64,000 nt of DNA, from positions 2,368-66,367 of the forward strand of contig CAJAWW010000011.1 of the NCBI GenBank assembly GCA_903946745.1, in the 5' to 3' direction. This document shows positions 49,570 to 58,732 of the stretch, in pieces; the stretch's first letter is position 1; the number at the start of each line of letters is the position of its first letter. A program made the translations under genes and the position numbers. The notes below the pieces were generated by a model that saw only the letters and a program-made list of their open reading frames with translations, was not told where the DNA came from and searched no databases. This DNA is from an uncultured beta proteobacterium (lineage in GTDB: Bacteria > Pseudomonadota > Gammaproteobacteria > Burkholderiales > Rhodocyclaceae).

Positions 49570-49956
49570 TTGAACACCATGAACGGATTGCACATCCTCG
49601 CCGAGCTTCATGACTGCCGCTGCCCCCCTGCCCTGTTGCGCGAGGCTACGGCGCTGGCGACCTTGTGCCGGGGCGCATGCAAGGCCGCCGGACTGACCGT
49701 GGTGGCCGAGGCTTTTCATCAGTTTGCCGGCGCTGGCGCTACCGGCGCGGTAATTCTTGCCGAGTCACATCTGGCCATCCACACCTGGCCCGAATTGAAC
49801 AGCGCCACCTTCGATCTCTACGTCTGCAATTTCAGCCAGGACAACCGCGCCGCCGCCGAATCGGTTTATGACGCGCTGCGTGCTGCCCTGCAACCCGCTG
49901 ACGTGGCTCGCCGCGATGTTGTGCGCGGCACCCTGCACGCAGGAATAACAGCATGA
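49570..49956 (+). CDS. speH: Small pyruvoyl-dependent S-adenosylmethionine decarboxylase proenzyme (class 1, SpeH/SpeD type)
   Basis: 128 aa. VILAESHLAIHTWPE is the self-cleavage (Glu65-Ser66, Ser codon at 49765-49767) and active-site motif of class 1 AdoMetDC. Confidence 0.8.
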   Translation: MNTMNGLHILAELHDCRCPPALLREATALATLCRGACKAAGLTVVAEAFHQFAGAGATGAVILAESHLAIHTWPELNSATFDLYVCNFSQDNRAAAESVYDALRAALQPADVARRDVVRGTLHAGITA

Positions 49957-51809
49957 CGATTACTCAGGAAGCCTCTCGCGTTCGCCGGCCATTAAGTCTG
50001 AAAATATTCGGCATCGTCGCCGGCTTGTTGAGCTTGATGATTCTGGTGACGCTGATGTCGTCAATCAGTTTGCGACGCGTCGGACAACAACTCGATTTTC
50101 TGGTCAAGTTCTACATTCAGGTCGATCAGAAAATGGGCGATCTGCGCAGCTACGGCTTGTCTGAACTGATCCTGATCGAACGGATTTTGCAAAACCGTCC
50201 GACCCTGAGCTGGGATGCTGCCAAAGCGGAAGCCGACAAGCGACAAAAGGAGGTCGGTGAATGCACGTTCGAAACATTGCGCCCCGCCAATGCCAGCATC
50301 CGCAAGGCCTTCGTTAATCCTGCCGATAGTCAGGCCGTCCGCTTCGAACTGCTGAAACGCTGTGCTGCAGACAAACTGGCACGCGTCGAGCAACTGGTCG
50401 ATACCGCACTGGCTTCCGAGTTTGTCAGGCAAGATGCAGAAAAGGTGGCACGACTGGCCACGATTCGCCAAGCATTGAAGGACGTCCAGCCGGCACGCGC
50501 CCGGATGCACGCCACCTTTCAGCAGTATCTTGAGCAGTTGGCGACCCGTGACCCACGCGCCATCGCCTTGGTGCGCAGCGAGTTGGAAGAAAACCGCTCA
50601 ACATTGGGACGCAAGATCTCCGACATCACCAATCAGGTGCACGAAGGCACCCGGCTTTCAGGTGCCACCGCCTACGATCTAGAACAGCGCGTGCAGTGGA
50701 TGAGTTGGGCGATCACGCTGGTCGCGTGTCTGCTCGGACTGATCGTCGCCACCATTCTGACCAAAAGCCTGGTCAGCCCTTTGCGCGAACTGCTGTCCGG
50801 AACACGCGCCATTGAAGAGGGCAACCTGGATATCCAGATCAAGGTATCCACCTCCGATGAGCTCGAAAGACTGGGCGACTCCTTCAATCACATGGTGCGC
50901 GAACTGCGGCAAAAAGAAGAAATCAAAACCATGTTCGGCAAGTATGTCGACCCGCGTGTCGTCCAGGGCTTGCTCGATCGCAGCACCATTGGCAATGACG
51001 GCGACCGCCGGCGCATGACGGTGTTTTTTTCTGATCTGGAAGACTTCACCAAGATCAGCGAACAAATGACACCGGGCAGCGTGGTGCGCTTGCTGAATCA
51101 CTACTTTACCGTCGTCGCAGAACCGATCCGCGCCAGCAACGGCATTATCGACAAATACATCGGCGATTCGGTCATGGCATTCTGGGGGCCGCCGTTTACA
51201 CAGGAGACCGACCATGCCGTACTGGCGTGCTACGCCGTGCTCGATCAGCAAGCGCGGATTCCGCAATTTCAGGCGGCGCTGCCGGACATTCTCGGCGTGC
51301 GTACCGGCGTGCCGAAAATCAATGTTCGCATGGCGCTGGCGACGGGCGATGTCACCATCGGCAGCATTGGCTCCGAAGATGCAAAGAGCTACACGGTGAT
51401 TGGTGACACGGTCAATCTTGCCTCGCGACTGGAGAGCGTGAACAAACTGTTCGGTACCAACATCATCATCAGCGAAAACACCCGCACGCTCGCTGGCGAC
51501 GCAATCGAAACCCGCGAACTGGATAACATCCGGGTCGCCGGCAAACTTGAGCCAATCCGTATTTATGAATTGCTCGCCCGCAAGGGACAGGCCGCACCCC
51601 GCATGATGGAACTACGCGACAGCTTCGAGCAGGCGCTGGGGTTCTATCGCCAGCAACAGTGGGACGAAGCACAGGCCGCACTGAATCGATGCCTGCAGAT
51701 CAATGCGCACGATGGTCCATCGCTCGTCTTGCAAAAACGCATCGGGCAATTCCGCAACACCCCGCCGGCAGTGGATTGGGACGGTAGCTGGACGATGGTC
51801 AGCAAATAG
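49953..51809 (+). CDS. Membrane-bound class III adenylate/guanylate cyclase (TM-sensor-TM-HAMP-CYCc-helical C-terminus)
   Basis: 618 aa. HAMP (LVSPLRELLSGTRAIEEGNLD...DELERLGDSFNHMVRELR) and a cyclase core (MTVFFSDLEDFTKISE, IDKYIGDSVMAFWG, YTVIGDTVNLASRLES). ATGA overlap with the AdoMetDC stop. Confidence 0.9.
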   Translation: MTITQEASRVRRPLSLKIFGIVAGLLSLMILVTLMSSISLRRVGQQLDFLVKFYIQVDQKMGDLRSYGLSELILIERILQNRPTLSWDAAKAEADKRQKEVGECTFETLRPANASIRKAFVNPADSQAVRFELLKRCAADKLARVEQLVDTALASEFVRQDAEKVARLATIRQALKDVQPARARMHATFQQYLEQLATRDPRAIALVRSELEENRSTLGRKISDITNQVHEGTRLSGATAYDLEQRVQWMSWAITLVACLLGLIVATILTKSLVSPLRELLSGTRAIEEGNLDIQIKVSTSDELERLGDSFNHMVRELRQKEEIKTMFGKYVDPRVVQGLLDRSTIGNDGDRRRMTVFFSDLEDFTKISEQMTPGSVVRLLNHYFTVVAEPIRASNGIIDKYIGDSVMAFWGPPFTQETDHAVLACYAVLDQQARIPQFQAALPDILGVRTGVPKINVRMALATGDVTIGSIGSEDAKSYTVIGDTVNLASRLESVNKLFGTNIIISENTRTLAGDAIETRELDNIRVAGKLEPIRIYELLARKGQAAPRMMELRDSFEQALGFYRQQQWDEAQAALNRCLQINAHDGPSLVLQKRIGQFRNTPPAVDWDGSWTMVSK

Positions 51810-51825
51810 GTGCTTGCTCAACCGC

Positions 51826-52299
51826 ATGGTTAGCCGTCGACAATTCATCCAAGGAAATTTCAAAGCCGGGACACCTCCACAACGTCCGCCCTGGGCGCTG
51901 ACCGAAGAGGCCTTCCTTGATGCCTGCTCGCGTTGTGGCGACTGCATTACGGCCTGTCCGACACACATCATTGTCGTAACGCGCGGCTATCCGGTGGTGG
52001 ATTTCAGTCGCGGTGAGTGCACTTTCTGTGGTGACTGTGCCAATGCCTGCAAAGATGGCGCATTGCGGCGCGGCGAGAATCAGGGGGCACCGTGGTCAAT
52101 CAAGGCGCACATCGCCGAAAGCTGTCTGGCGCAACAAGCCGTTGAATGCCGGATCTGTGGCGATCCCTGTCCGGTATCCGCCATCCGGTTCAAACCACGC
52201 ATCGGCAAGCCGCCGCTGGCCGATGTCGATCTCAATACCTGCACGGGGTGCGGCGCTTGCGTCGCCCCCTGCCCGACAGCGGCGATCAGCGTGGCGTAG
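51826..52299 (+). CDS. napF: Ferredoxin-type protein NapF
   Basis: 157 aa with four Cys clusters (CSRCGDCITACP, CTFCGDCANAC, CRICGDPCP, CTGCGACVAPCP) and a Tat-like SRRQFI N-terminus. Start trimmed to the ATG at 51826, 16 nt after the cyclase stop. Confidence 0.8.
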   Translation: MVSRRQFIQGNFKAGTPPQRPPWALTEEAFLDACSRCGDCITACPTHIIVVTRGYPVVDFSRGECTFCGDCANACKDGALRRGENQGAPWSIKAHIAESCLAQQAVECRICGDPCPVSAIRFKPRIGKPPLADVDLNTCTGCGACVAPCPTAAISVA

Positions 52300-52305
52300 C
52301 GCCTG

Positions 52306-52327
52306 GCACCGCCGTTGCGCGCGGTGC
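52306..52327. terminator. Possible bidirectional hairpin between convergent napF and napB
   Basis: gcaccgc (52306-52312) / gcggtgc (52321-52327) form a 7-bp stem with an 8-nt loop. Only a weak T-rich stretch follows. Confidence 0.3.
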
Positions 52328-52329
52328 GA

Positions 52330-52761
52330 TTATTTGATGTCGCCGACGAATCGATTCTCGACCAGCGCTGGCGCATCAACCTGTGGCACATGGCAACTTA
52401 CGCAGACATGGCGCGCGGCATCGAATTCTTTGGTGGCCGCAATAAAATGGCTATCGCCCAACTTGGGTGAGTTCTTTTTTGCATAGTTGTCCGGGCCATG
52501 GCAACTCATGCACTGGTTTTCGGTAACGGTCAGTTCATCGTAGTTATTCACTGCATGCGGAATCACCGGCGGCTGCTGGGCATAAGTGCGCGCCACCAGC
52601 GGTTGCGTGCCCGGCCGTTTGCCCACGTAGTCTTTGGCGCTCGGTGGCTGATCTTGCGCGGCAACATCGCTACCGCGCATCGACACCAGTGGTTCATAGC
52701 TGGCACAACCGACAATGACAGTCAGCAACGATGCCAGCAGGACAAGGACAGATTTTTTCAT
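52330..52761 (-). CDS. napB: Periplasmic nitrate reductase dihaem cytochrome c subunit
   Basis: 143 aa with a signal peptide plus Cys (LLTVIVGCAS) and two CxxCH haem motifs (CMSCH, CVSCH). Confidence 0.9.
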   Translation of the reverse strand: MKKSVLVLLASLLTVIVGCASYEPLVSMRGSDVAAQDQPPSAKDYVGKRPGTQPLVARTYAQQPPVIPHAVNNYDELTVTENQCMSCHGPDNYAKKNSPKLGDSHFIAATKEFDAARHVCVSCHVPQVDAPALVENRFVGDIK

Positions 52762-52792
52762 GATGAACTCCCCAGACGAAATTGAATGTTAA

Positions 52793-53698
52793 TCACTTTG
52801 GCGTCACTTGCGAGACGCCGGCTACTGTTGCGACAGAATGGTTAAAACGGGTGCCAAAGACAAAAACATCTTTCGAGCAGACATCGATGCAGCGGCCACA
52901 ATTGGTGCAGTTGGCCTCCAGTATCAATGGCGGCGTGCCTCCGATGGCTTTCAGTGCCGGCCGGATGACCTGTGGCTCCGGACAGACCGCGAAGCAATCC
53001 ATGCAGTCGTTGCAGGCGGTGCGCAAGGGCAAACGGATACGCGTCAGCGACCACTTGCCGATCAGGCTGTAGAACGCACCAACCGGGCACAAATGGCCAC
53101 ACCAGCCGTGGCGCATGACAAACAGATCGAAGAGCCACACGGCCAGCAATACGGCCCAAGCCAGCCCGAAACCGAAAAACAACCCGCGATGCATCATCGA
53201 AACCGGATTGACCATCTCCCAGACGATGCTGCCGGTGACGGCTGCGGCCACCAGCGTCATGCCCAGTATCCAGTAACGTGTTTGCCGGCTGATGTGCGCG
53301 CTGCCCTTGATGCCCAGCCGCACGCGCAGCCAGTAGGCGGCATCGGTGAGTAAATTGACCGGGCAAACCCACGAACAAAAGCTGCGCCCGCCGACCAGCA
53401 GATAAAAAACGGTCACGATGAGCACGCCTGTCAGCGCCATTTTGTCCGACACATGCCCGGCCAGAAGCGATTGCAAAATGATGTAGGGATCGGTCAGCGG
53501 CAGGATGTTCAGGGTGTGACTGAAACTCAAGTTGCCCTTGACGATCCACCAGCCGAACCATGGCCCGACCAGAAACAGCAGCAAAATGCCGATCTGGCTG
53601 CTGCGCCGCAAAATCAACCAACGATGCGCCCCCAGCCAGCCTTTTGTGATGACGGCCTCGGCACCCGGCTGCAATAGTTGTTTCGAATTTGCGCTCAC
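52793..53698 (-). CDS. napH: Quinol dehydrogenase membrane ferredoxin subunit NapH
   Basis: 301 aa with four TM helices, CxxCP motifs ([15 protein letters not shown]) and C-terminal 4Fe-4S motifs ([23 protein letters not shown]). Confidence 0.9.
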   Translation of the reverse strand: MSANSKQLLQPGAEAVITKGWLGAHRWLILRRSSQIGILLLFLVGPWFGWWIVKGNLSFSHTLNILPLTDPYIILQSLLAGHVSDKMALTGVLIVTVFYLLVGGRSFCSWVCPVNLLTDAAYWLRVRLGIKGSAHISRQTRYWILGMTLVAAAVTGSIVWEMVNPVSMMHRGLFFGFGLAWAVLLAVWLFDLFVMRHGWCGHLCPVGAFYSLIGKWSLTRIRLPLRTACNDCMDCFAVCPEPQVIRPALKAIGGTPPLILEANCTNCGRCIDVCSKDVFVFGTRFNHSVATVAGVSQVTPK

Positions 53699-54570
53699 AG
53701 CTTGTTACCCTGCAATGCTTTAGGTAATCCATTCGCTGGAGCAGGCGCAGGTGCAGGTGCAGCAGAAACACCGGGGGGCTGAACCGGCATGGGTGAGAGA
53801 CCTTTGCCGTGCTCATACTTCATCCCCTCGGGCATGTTGTATTGATGCGCGGCGTCGGGGGCGACCAGACTGCCCCCGGCTTTCTCTTTCTCGACCCATC
53901 CCAGCCGGTAATGTGCGCTCAGTTGCCCCTTGGCCATGGTGAGCGGGAATACCTTGATCGATGCAACTTCCGTGGGGCAGGCTTTCTCGCATTTTCCGCA
54001 CCCGGTGCATTGATCGGAATGCACCACCGGAATAAACAGGGTGTGCTTGCCGGTACGCGTGTTGGTTTGCGGATCGAGCGTGATGGCCTTGTCGATCACC
54101 GGGCAAACGCGATAACAAATGTCGCAGCGCAAACCCAGAAAATTGAGACAGGTTTCGTGGTCGACCAGCACCGCCAAACCCATCTTTGCCTTGTTGATAT
54201 CCTTGAGTGAATGATCCAGTGCGCCCGTCGGGCAGGCTTTCACGCACGGAATGTCCTCGCACATTTCGCAGGGCAACTGGCGCGCAACGAAGTACGGCGT
54301 GCCGGTCGACAGTGGTTCTTCGGGTTTGGCCAGATGCAGGATGTTGAATGGGCAATCGCGCACGCACATCCCGCAGCGGATACACGCAGCAGAAAAGTCT
54401 GCTTCGGCCAGCGCGCCGGGCGGCCGAATCGCGGCAGGTGGCAAAGCCCTGGCGTGCCGCGCATACAACCCGACCCCCAGCCCCAGCAAGCCGACGCCAC
54501 AAGCCATACGAGCGGTATCGGCAAAAAACTGGCGACGGGCTGCCGTACTGGGCGTGTTCTCGTTGTCCAT
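53695..54570 (-). CDS. napG: Periplasmic ferredoxin-type subunit NapG
   Basis: 291 aa with a Tat signal (RRQFFADT) and four 4Fe-4S motifs ([47 protein letters not shown]). Confidence 0.9.
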   Translation of the reverse strand: MDNENTPSTAARRQFFADTARMACGVGLLGLGVGLYARHARALPPAAIRPPGALAEADFSAACIRCGMCVRDCPFNILHLAKPEEPLSTGTPYFVARQLPCEMCEDIPCVKACPTGALDHSLKDINKAKMGLAVLVDHETCLNFLGLRCDICYRVCPVIDKAITLDPQTNTRTGKHTLFIPVVHSDQCTGCGKCEKACPTEVASIKVFPLTMAKGQLSAHYRLGWVEKEKAGGSLVAPDAAHQYNMPEGMKYEHGKGLSPMPVQPPGVSAAPAPAPAPANGLPKALQGNKL

Positions 54571-54630
54571 GTGGTCTATCCGGGGAATGCTGCATGCTCA
54601 TGACATCCATACCTTCCCCGGTGCATCCAA

Positions 54631-57180
54631 TCAGGCCTTGACCACCTTGGCGGCGCACTTCTTGTAGTCGGTCTCTTTCGAGATCGGGCAGGTGGCATCC
54701 AGCGTTAATTTATTGACCAGGCGATGCTCGTCAAAGAATGGAATAAAGATCAATCCCTCTGGTGGTTTATTGCGACCCTTGGTGTCGACCCGTAGTTGAA
54801 TTTCGCCACGGCGGGTGGATACCTTGACCACGTCGTTGCGCTTCAGGCCACGCTTTTCGGCATCCTTCGGGTGCATCCATACCACCGCATCCGGGAAGGC
54901 TTTGTAAAGTTCCGGCGCGCGACGCGTCATCGAACCGGTATGCCAGTGTTCCAGCACGCGGCCGGTGCACAACCACAGGTCGAAATCCTTGTCCGGCATT
55001 TCTGCTGCGGGCTGATAGGGCAGCGCAAAAATCTTGGCCTTGCCATCGGGGTAGCCGTAGAACTTGACGCCCTCACCCTTCTTCACATAGGTGTCGTAAC
55101 CTTCACGGAAGCGCCACAAAGTTTCTTTGCCATCCACCACCGGCCAGCGCAAGCCACGCACCTTGTGGTAGGTGTCAAAGGGAGCCAGATCATGGGCGTG
55201 GCCACGACCGAAACCGGCATATTCCTCGAACAGCCCTTTTTGAACGTAATAGCCGAAAGCTTCAGATTCGTCGTTGGTATAACCGGCCCAAGCGTGGGCA
55301 TTGACGCTGGCTGTTTCGCTTTTCGGAAATTTATCAACCTGCCCATTGGCAAACAGTACGTCGTACAGCGTCTTGCCTTTGAGTTCAGGTGCCTTCGCCA
55401 GCAAATCGGCCGGCCAGACTTCCTCGACCTTGAAGCGCTTGGAAAATTCCATGTATTGCCACAGGTCAGAGCGGGATTCACCCGGTGCCTTGACCTGCTG
55501 ACGCCACATCTGGCCGCGACGCTCGGCATTGCCGAACATGCCTTCCTTTTCCATCCACATCGCGCAAGGCAGAATCAGGTCGGCCGACATCGCGGAAACA
55601 GTCGGGTAAACATCCGAAACCACAATAAAGGCTTTCGGGTTACGCCAGCCGGGATAAATCTCGCCGTTGATGTTCGGCCCCGCCTGCATGTTGTTGTTGG
55701 TTGATGTCCAGTAGAAGCCGATCTTGCCGTCCTTCAGCATGCGCGATTGCGCCACGGCGTGATATCCGGGCGTTGGCGGAATGGTGCCAGCCGGCAACTT
55801 CCAGGCTTTTTCAGTGAATTCGCGGTGCTTGGGGTTCATTACCACCATGTCAGCCGGCAGGCGATGTGCAAAAGTGCCCACCTCGCGCGCCGTGCCGCAG
55901 GCTGAAGGCTGGCCGGTCAGCGAGAAGGGACTGTTGCCCGGCTCGGAGATCTTGCCCACCAAAAGATGGACGTTGTAGATCATGTTATTGACCCAGGTGC
56001 CGCGCGTGTGCTGGTTGAAGCCCATGGTCCAGTAAGACGTAACCTTCACCTTCGGATCGGCATAGGCCTTGGCCAGCGCCTCCAGCTTGTCTTTGGGCAC
56101 GCCCGAAATCTCGTGCGCCTTGTCCAGCGTGTATTCGGAAACGAACTGGGCGAAATCTTCAAAGGTGATGGGTGCGTGCTTGTTCGGGTCGCCCTTGGGT
56201 TTGCCGTCAGCACCGGGATAACCGTTGTTGTTGGCCACCTGCTCCAGCCGGTGCTTGGGGCGCAAGCCGTAGCCAATGACAGTGACGCCCTTGAAGAACC
56301 CGACATTCTTCTTGACGAACTCCTGATTCACCGCCTTGTTCTGGATGATGTAGTTACAGATGTAGTTGAGAATCGCCAAGTCTGACTGCGGCTTGAAGAT
56401 CAGTTCATTGTCGGCCAACTCACAGGAGCGATGGCTGAAGGTCGACAGCACATGAATCTTGACGTGGCTGGCGGTGAGGCGGCGATTGGTGACACGCGAC
56501 CACAGAATCGGGTGCATCTCGGCCATGTTCGAACCCCACAGGGCGAATACGTCCGCATGTTCGGCGTCGTCATAGCAACCCATCGGCTCGTCGATACCAA
56601 AGGTGCGCATAAATCCTGCCACGGCCGAGGCCATGCAGTGACGTGCATTCGGGTCAAGACTGTTGCTGCGAAAACCTGCCTTCATCAGTTTGGCGGCGGC
56701 ATACCCTTCCCATACCGTCCATTGCCCGGAACCGAACATGGCGACACCGTAAGGACCTTGAGCAGGATCTTTCATCGTGGCCTTGACCTTCTCGGCCATG
56801 ATGTCGAAAGCGGCGTCCCAGGAGATGGGCGCGAATTCGCCATTCTTGTCGAACTTGCCGTCCTTCATGCGCAGCAGCGGTTGCGTCAGCCGATCCTTGC
56901 CATACATGATCTTCGACAGGAAATAGCCTTTGACGCAGTTGATACCCTTATTCACGGGAGCGTCCGGATCGCCTTGCGTAGCCACGACGCGGCCTTCCTT
57001 GACGCCGACCAGCACACCGCAGCCCACGCCGCAATAACGGCAGACGCCCTTGTCCCAGCGCACGCCGTCTTGCCCTGCCGGCGCTGCCGCCTGAACCAAA
57101 CCGGGCACACTCACCCCCGCAGTTGCCGCCGCAGCAGCGATGGCGTTGGTCTTGATGAATTCACGTCGCGTCAATGTCAT
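54631..57180 (-). CDS. napA: Periplasmic nitrate reductase catalytic subunit
   Basis: 849 aa from [22 protein letters not shown] (Tat signal), a CRYCGVGCG 4Fe-4S motif and a molybdopterin oxidoreductase body. The track ORF start at 57303 overlaps napD and was trimmed. Confidence 0.97.
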   Translation of the reverse strand: MTLTRREFIKTNAIAAAAATAGVSVPGLVQAAAPAGQDGVRWDKGVCRYCGVGCGVLVGVKEGRVVATQGDPDAPVNKGINCVKGYFLSKIMYGKDRLTQPLLRMKDGKFDKNGEFAPISWDAAFDIMAEKVKATMKDPAQGPYGVAMFGSGQWTVWEGYAAAKLMKAGFRSNSLDPNARHCMASAVAGFMRTFGIDEPMGCYDDAEHADVFALWGSNMAEMHPILWSRVTNRRLTASHVKIHVLSTFSHRSCELADNELIFKPQSDLAILNYICNYIIQNKAVNQEFVKKNVGFFKGVTVIGYGLRPKHRLEQVANNNGYPGADGKPKGDPNKHAPITFEDFAQFVSEYTLDKAHEISGVPKDKLEALAKAYADPKVKVTSYWTMGFNQHTRGTWVNNMIYNVHLLVGKISEPGNSPFSLTGQPSACGTAREVGTFAHRLPADMVVMNPKHREFTEKAWKLPAGTIPPTPGYHAVAQSRMLKDGKIGFYWTSTNNNMQAGPNINGEIYPGWRNPKAFIVVSDVYPTVSAMSADLILPCAMWMEKEGMFGNAERRGQMWRQQVKAPGESRSDLWQYMEFSKRFKVEEVWPADLLAKAPELKGKTLYDVLFANGQVDKFPKSETASVNAHAWAGYTNDESEAFGYYVQKGLFEEYAGFGRGHAHDLAPFDTYHKVRGLRWPVVDGKETLWRFREGYDTYVKKGEGVKFYGYPDGKAKIFALPYQPAAEMPDKDFDLWLCTGRVLEHWHTGSMTRRAPELYKAFPDAVVWMHPKDAEKRGLKRNDVVKVSTRRGEIQLRVDTKGRNKPPEGLIFIPFFDEHRLVNKLTLDATCPISKETDYKKCAAKVVKA

Positions 57181-57181
57181 T

Positions 57182-57430
57182 TCAGATCTCCTTGTTTGGC
57201 TCAGATTCGGTTTGGTGATAGACCATGGCCGCTGACATGACACAGTCAAGCTGACCAATGTGTTGGTATGTCGCGGAATTGCTGCCCTCGTCGTCGGTTT
57301 CAATCGTGACGATCAATATGCCCTCGGCCGAGACAGCATGTACCTCGACACCGGCCAGTGTCGCCAGCGCAGCCTGAACGTCCGGCAAATACCCGGGACG
57401 GGCGTGGACAATGGCGCTAGAGATATTCAT
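57182..57430 (-). CDS. napD: NapA chaperone NapD
   Basis: 82 aa from [13 protein letters not shown]...[19 protein letters not shown], the typical NapD ferredoxin-like fold sequence. It stops 1 nt before the napA start. Confidence 0.8.
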   Translation of the reverse strand: MNISSAIVHARPGYLPDVQAALATLAGVEVHAVSAEGILIVTIETDDEGSNSATYQHIGQLDCVMSAAMVYHQTESEPNKEI

Positions 57431-57556
57431 TTGAGTATTCCGATCACTGGCATTGGCATTGGCAGACCATGCGGCTTTCGACACCGCGCTTCATCAAGCA
57501 TCAAGGCCAAAGTTAATCATGTGCCCCTCATCCTAGAAGGTTTTTATGATGAAACA

Positions 57557-57570
57557 TTGATACTAGTCAA
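57557..57570 (-). promoter_or_regulatory. Candidate FNR/Dnr-family box upstream of napD
   Basis: ttgatactagtcaa equals TTGAT-N4-GTCAA (9 of 10 to TTGAT-N4-ATCAA). On the nap strand a TAGGAT -10-like hexamer lies about 22 nt downstream of the box. The box centre is about 133 nt upstream of the napD ATG. Confidence 0.35.
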
Positions 57571-57728
57571 CTTTACACGCAATAAGCCAGCGCATTCGCT
57601 CAAGCCTGATGTGCAAATCAGCTGTGCAAACCTCGGCCTGCCAATCAGCCAGTAAAAGTCGACGCTCAAACTACGGTACCCGGCATCTGTAACAACCGTA
57701 GCGATTCAATCAATGCCCGCAACAACTG

Positions 57729-58685
57729 TTACATATCTGCCGTCACAACCCGATTGCGCCCGGCGTGCTTTGCCTTGTAGAGCGCTGCATCGGCAACTTT
57801 AATCAGGGTATCGGAATGCTCGTTGAGACCGGGCACGACCGTAGCCACCCCGATGCTCAGGCTCACATGGCCGATTTCACTTGCCGAATGAGGAATCGCC
57901 AGCGCTGCGACGGATTCCAGAATGCGACTGGCGACGATCATGGCACCGTCCATGCCCGTATTGGGAAGAATCACGGAAAACTCTTCACCACCGTAACGAG
58001 CCAGCATGTCGCTTGGACGAAACACCACGGTGGCCGCGCTTTCGGCAACCTGACGAAGACACGCATCACCATGCTGATGTCCATAGGTGTCGTTGTAGCG
58101 CTTGAAATGATCGACATCCACCATCAACAGTGAAATCGGTGTCTGATCGCGCTTGCCGCGCAACCATTCACGCTCAAGCTTCTCATCAAAACTGCGCCGG
58201 TTGGCAATCCCGGTTAATCCATCTCGCGCTGCCAGATGCTCCAGAGCGAGTTGAGCGCGCTTGTGGTCGGTCATATCGCGGATCGTTTCGACCACAGCGA
58301 TCAGGTGTCCGTCGCCGTCATACACGGCACCGGCGTCAACGGTCAGATAGAGTTCGTGACCCAATCGCGGCATCACACACCAGTTGGACGCGTGATAGCC
58401 ATGCTCGTTAGTGCCACCGCTATCGGAGCTCACATAGAGGTCTTCGATTTCCCCGATACGCCCCTGCACCAGCAGGTCGGCAAGACAGGGCCGGGGTGCA
58501 TCGTAGAACGCACGCCAATGATCGCTCGTGCCAACAAGTTCACCCGCCTCCACGCCCGTCAGACGCTCGCAGGCACGGTTCCAGATCAGCACGCGGCAGT
58601 CGGCATCGAGCACGAATGTCGGCACCACAAGATGCTGCATCAGGTGGATCGCGAAACCATGTTCGCGAGAGGCGCTACTGGTCAC
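57729..58685 (-). CDS. PAS-GGDEF diguanylate cyclase
   Basis: 318 aa with an N-terminal PAS (VLIWNRACERLTGV) and a GGDEF domain with RYGGEEF active site and an upstream RxxD-like site. Confidence 0.9.
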   Translation of the reverse strand: MTSSASREHGFAIHLMQHLVVPTFVLDADCRVLIWNRACERLTGVEAGELVGTSDHWRAFYDAPRPCLADLLVQGRIGEIEDLYVSSDSGGTNEHGYHASNWCVMPRLGHELYLTVDAGAVYDGDGHLIAVVETIRDMTDHKRAQLALEHLAARDGLTGIANRRSFDEKLEREWLRGKRDQTPISLLMVDVDHFKRYNDTYGHQHGDACLRQVAESAATVVFRPSDMLARYGGEEFSVILPNTGMDGAMIVASRILESVAALAIPHSASEIGHVSLSIGVATVVPGLNEHSDTLIKVADAALYKAKHAGRNRVVTADM

Positions 58686-58732
58686 AATATTCCCCGGAAG
58701 TGATTGAACTGCTCAAGCATGTCGCTCATAGC

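Noticed and set aside
57671-57702. Inverted repeat ctacggt...accgtag downstream of the PAS-GGDEF gene, considered as a terminator
   Set aside because: 7-bp stem with an ~18-nt loop and no T-run on the transcribed strand. Too weak to call.
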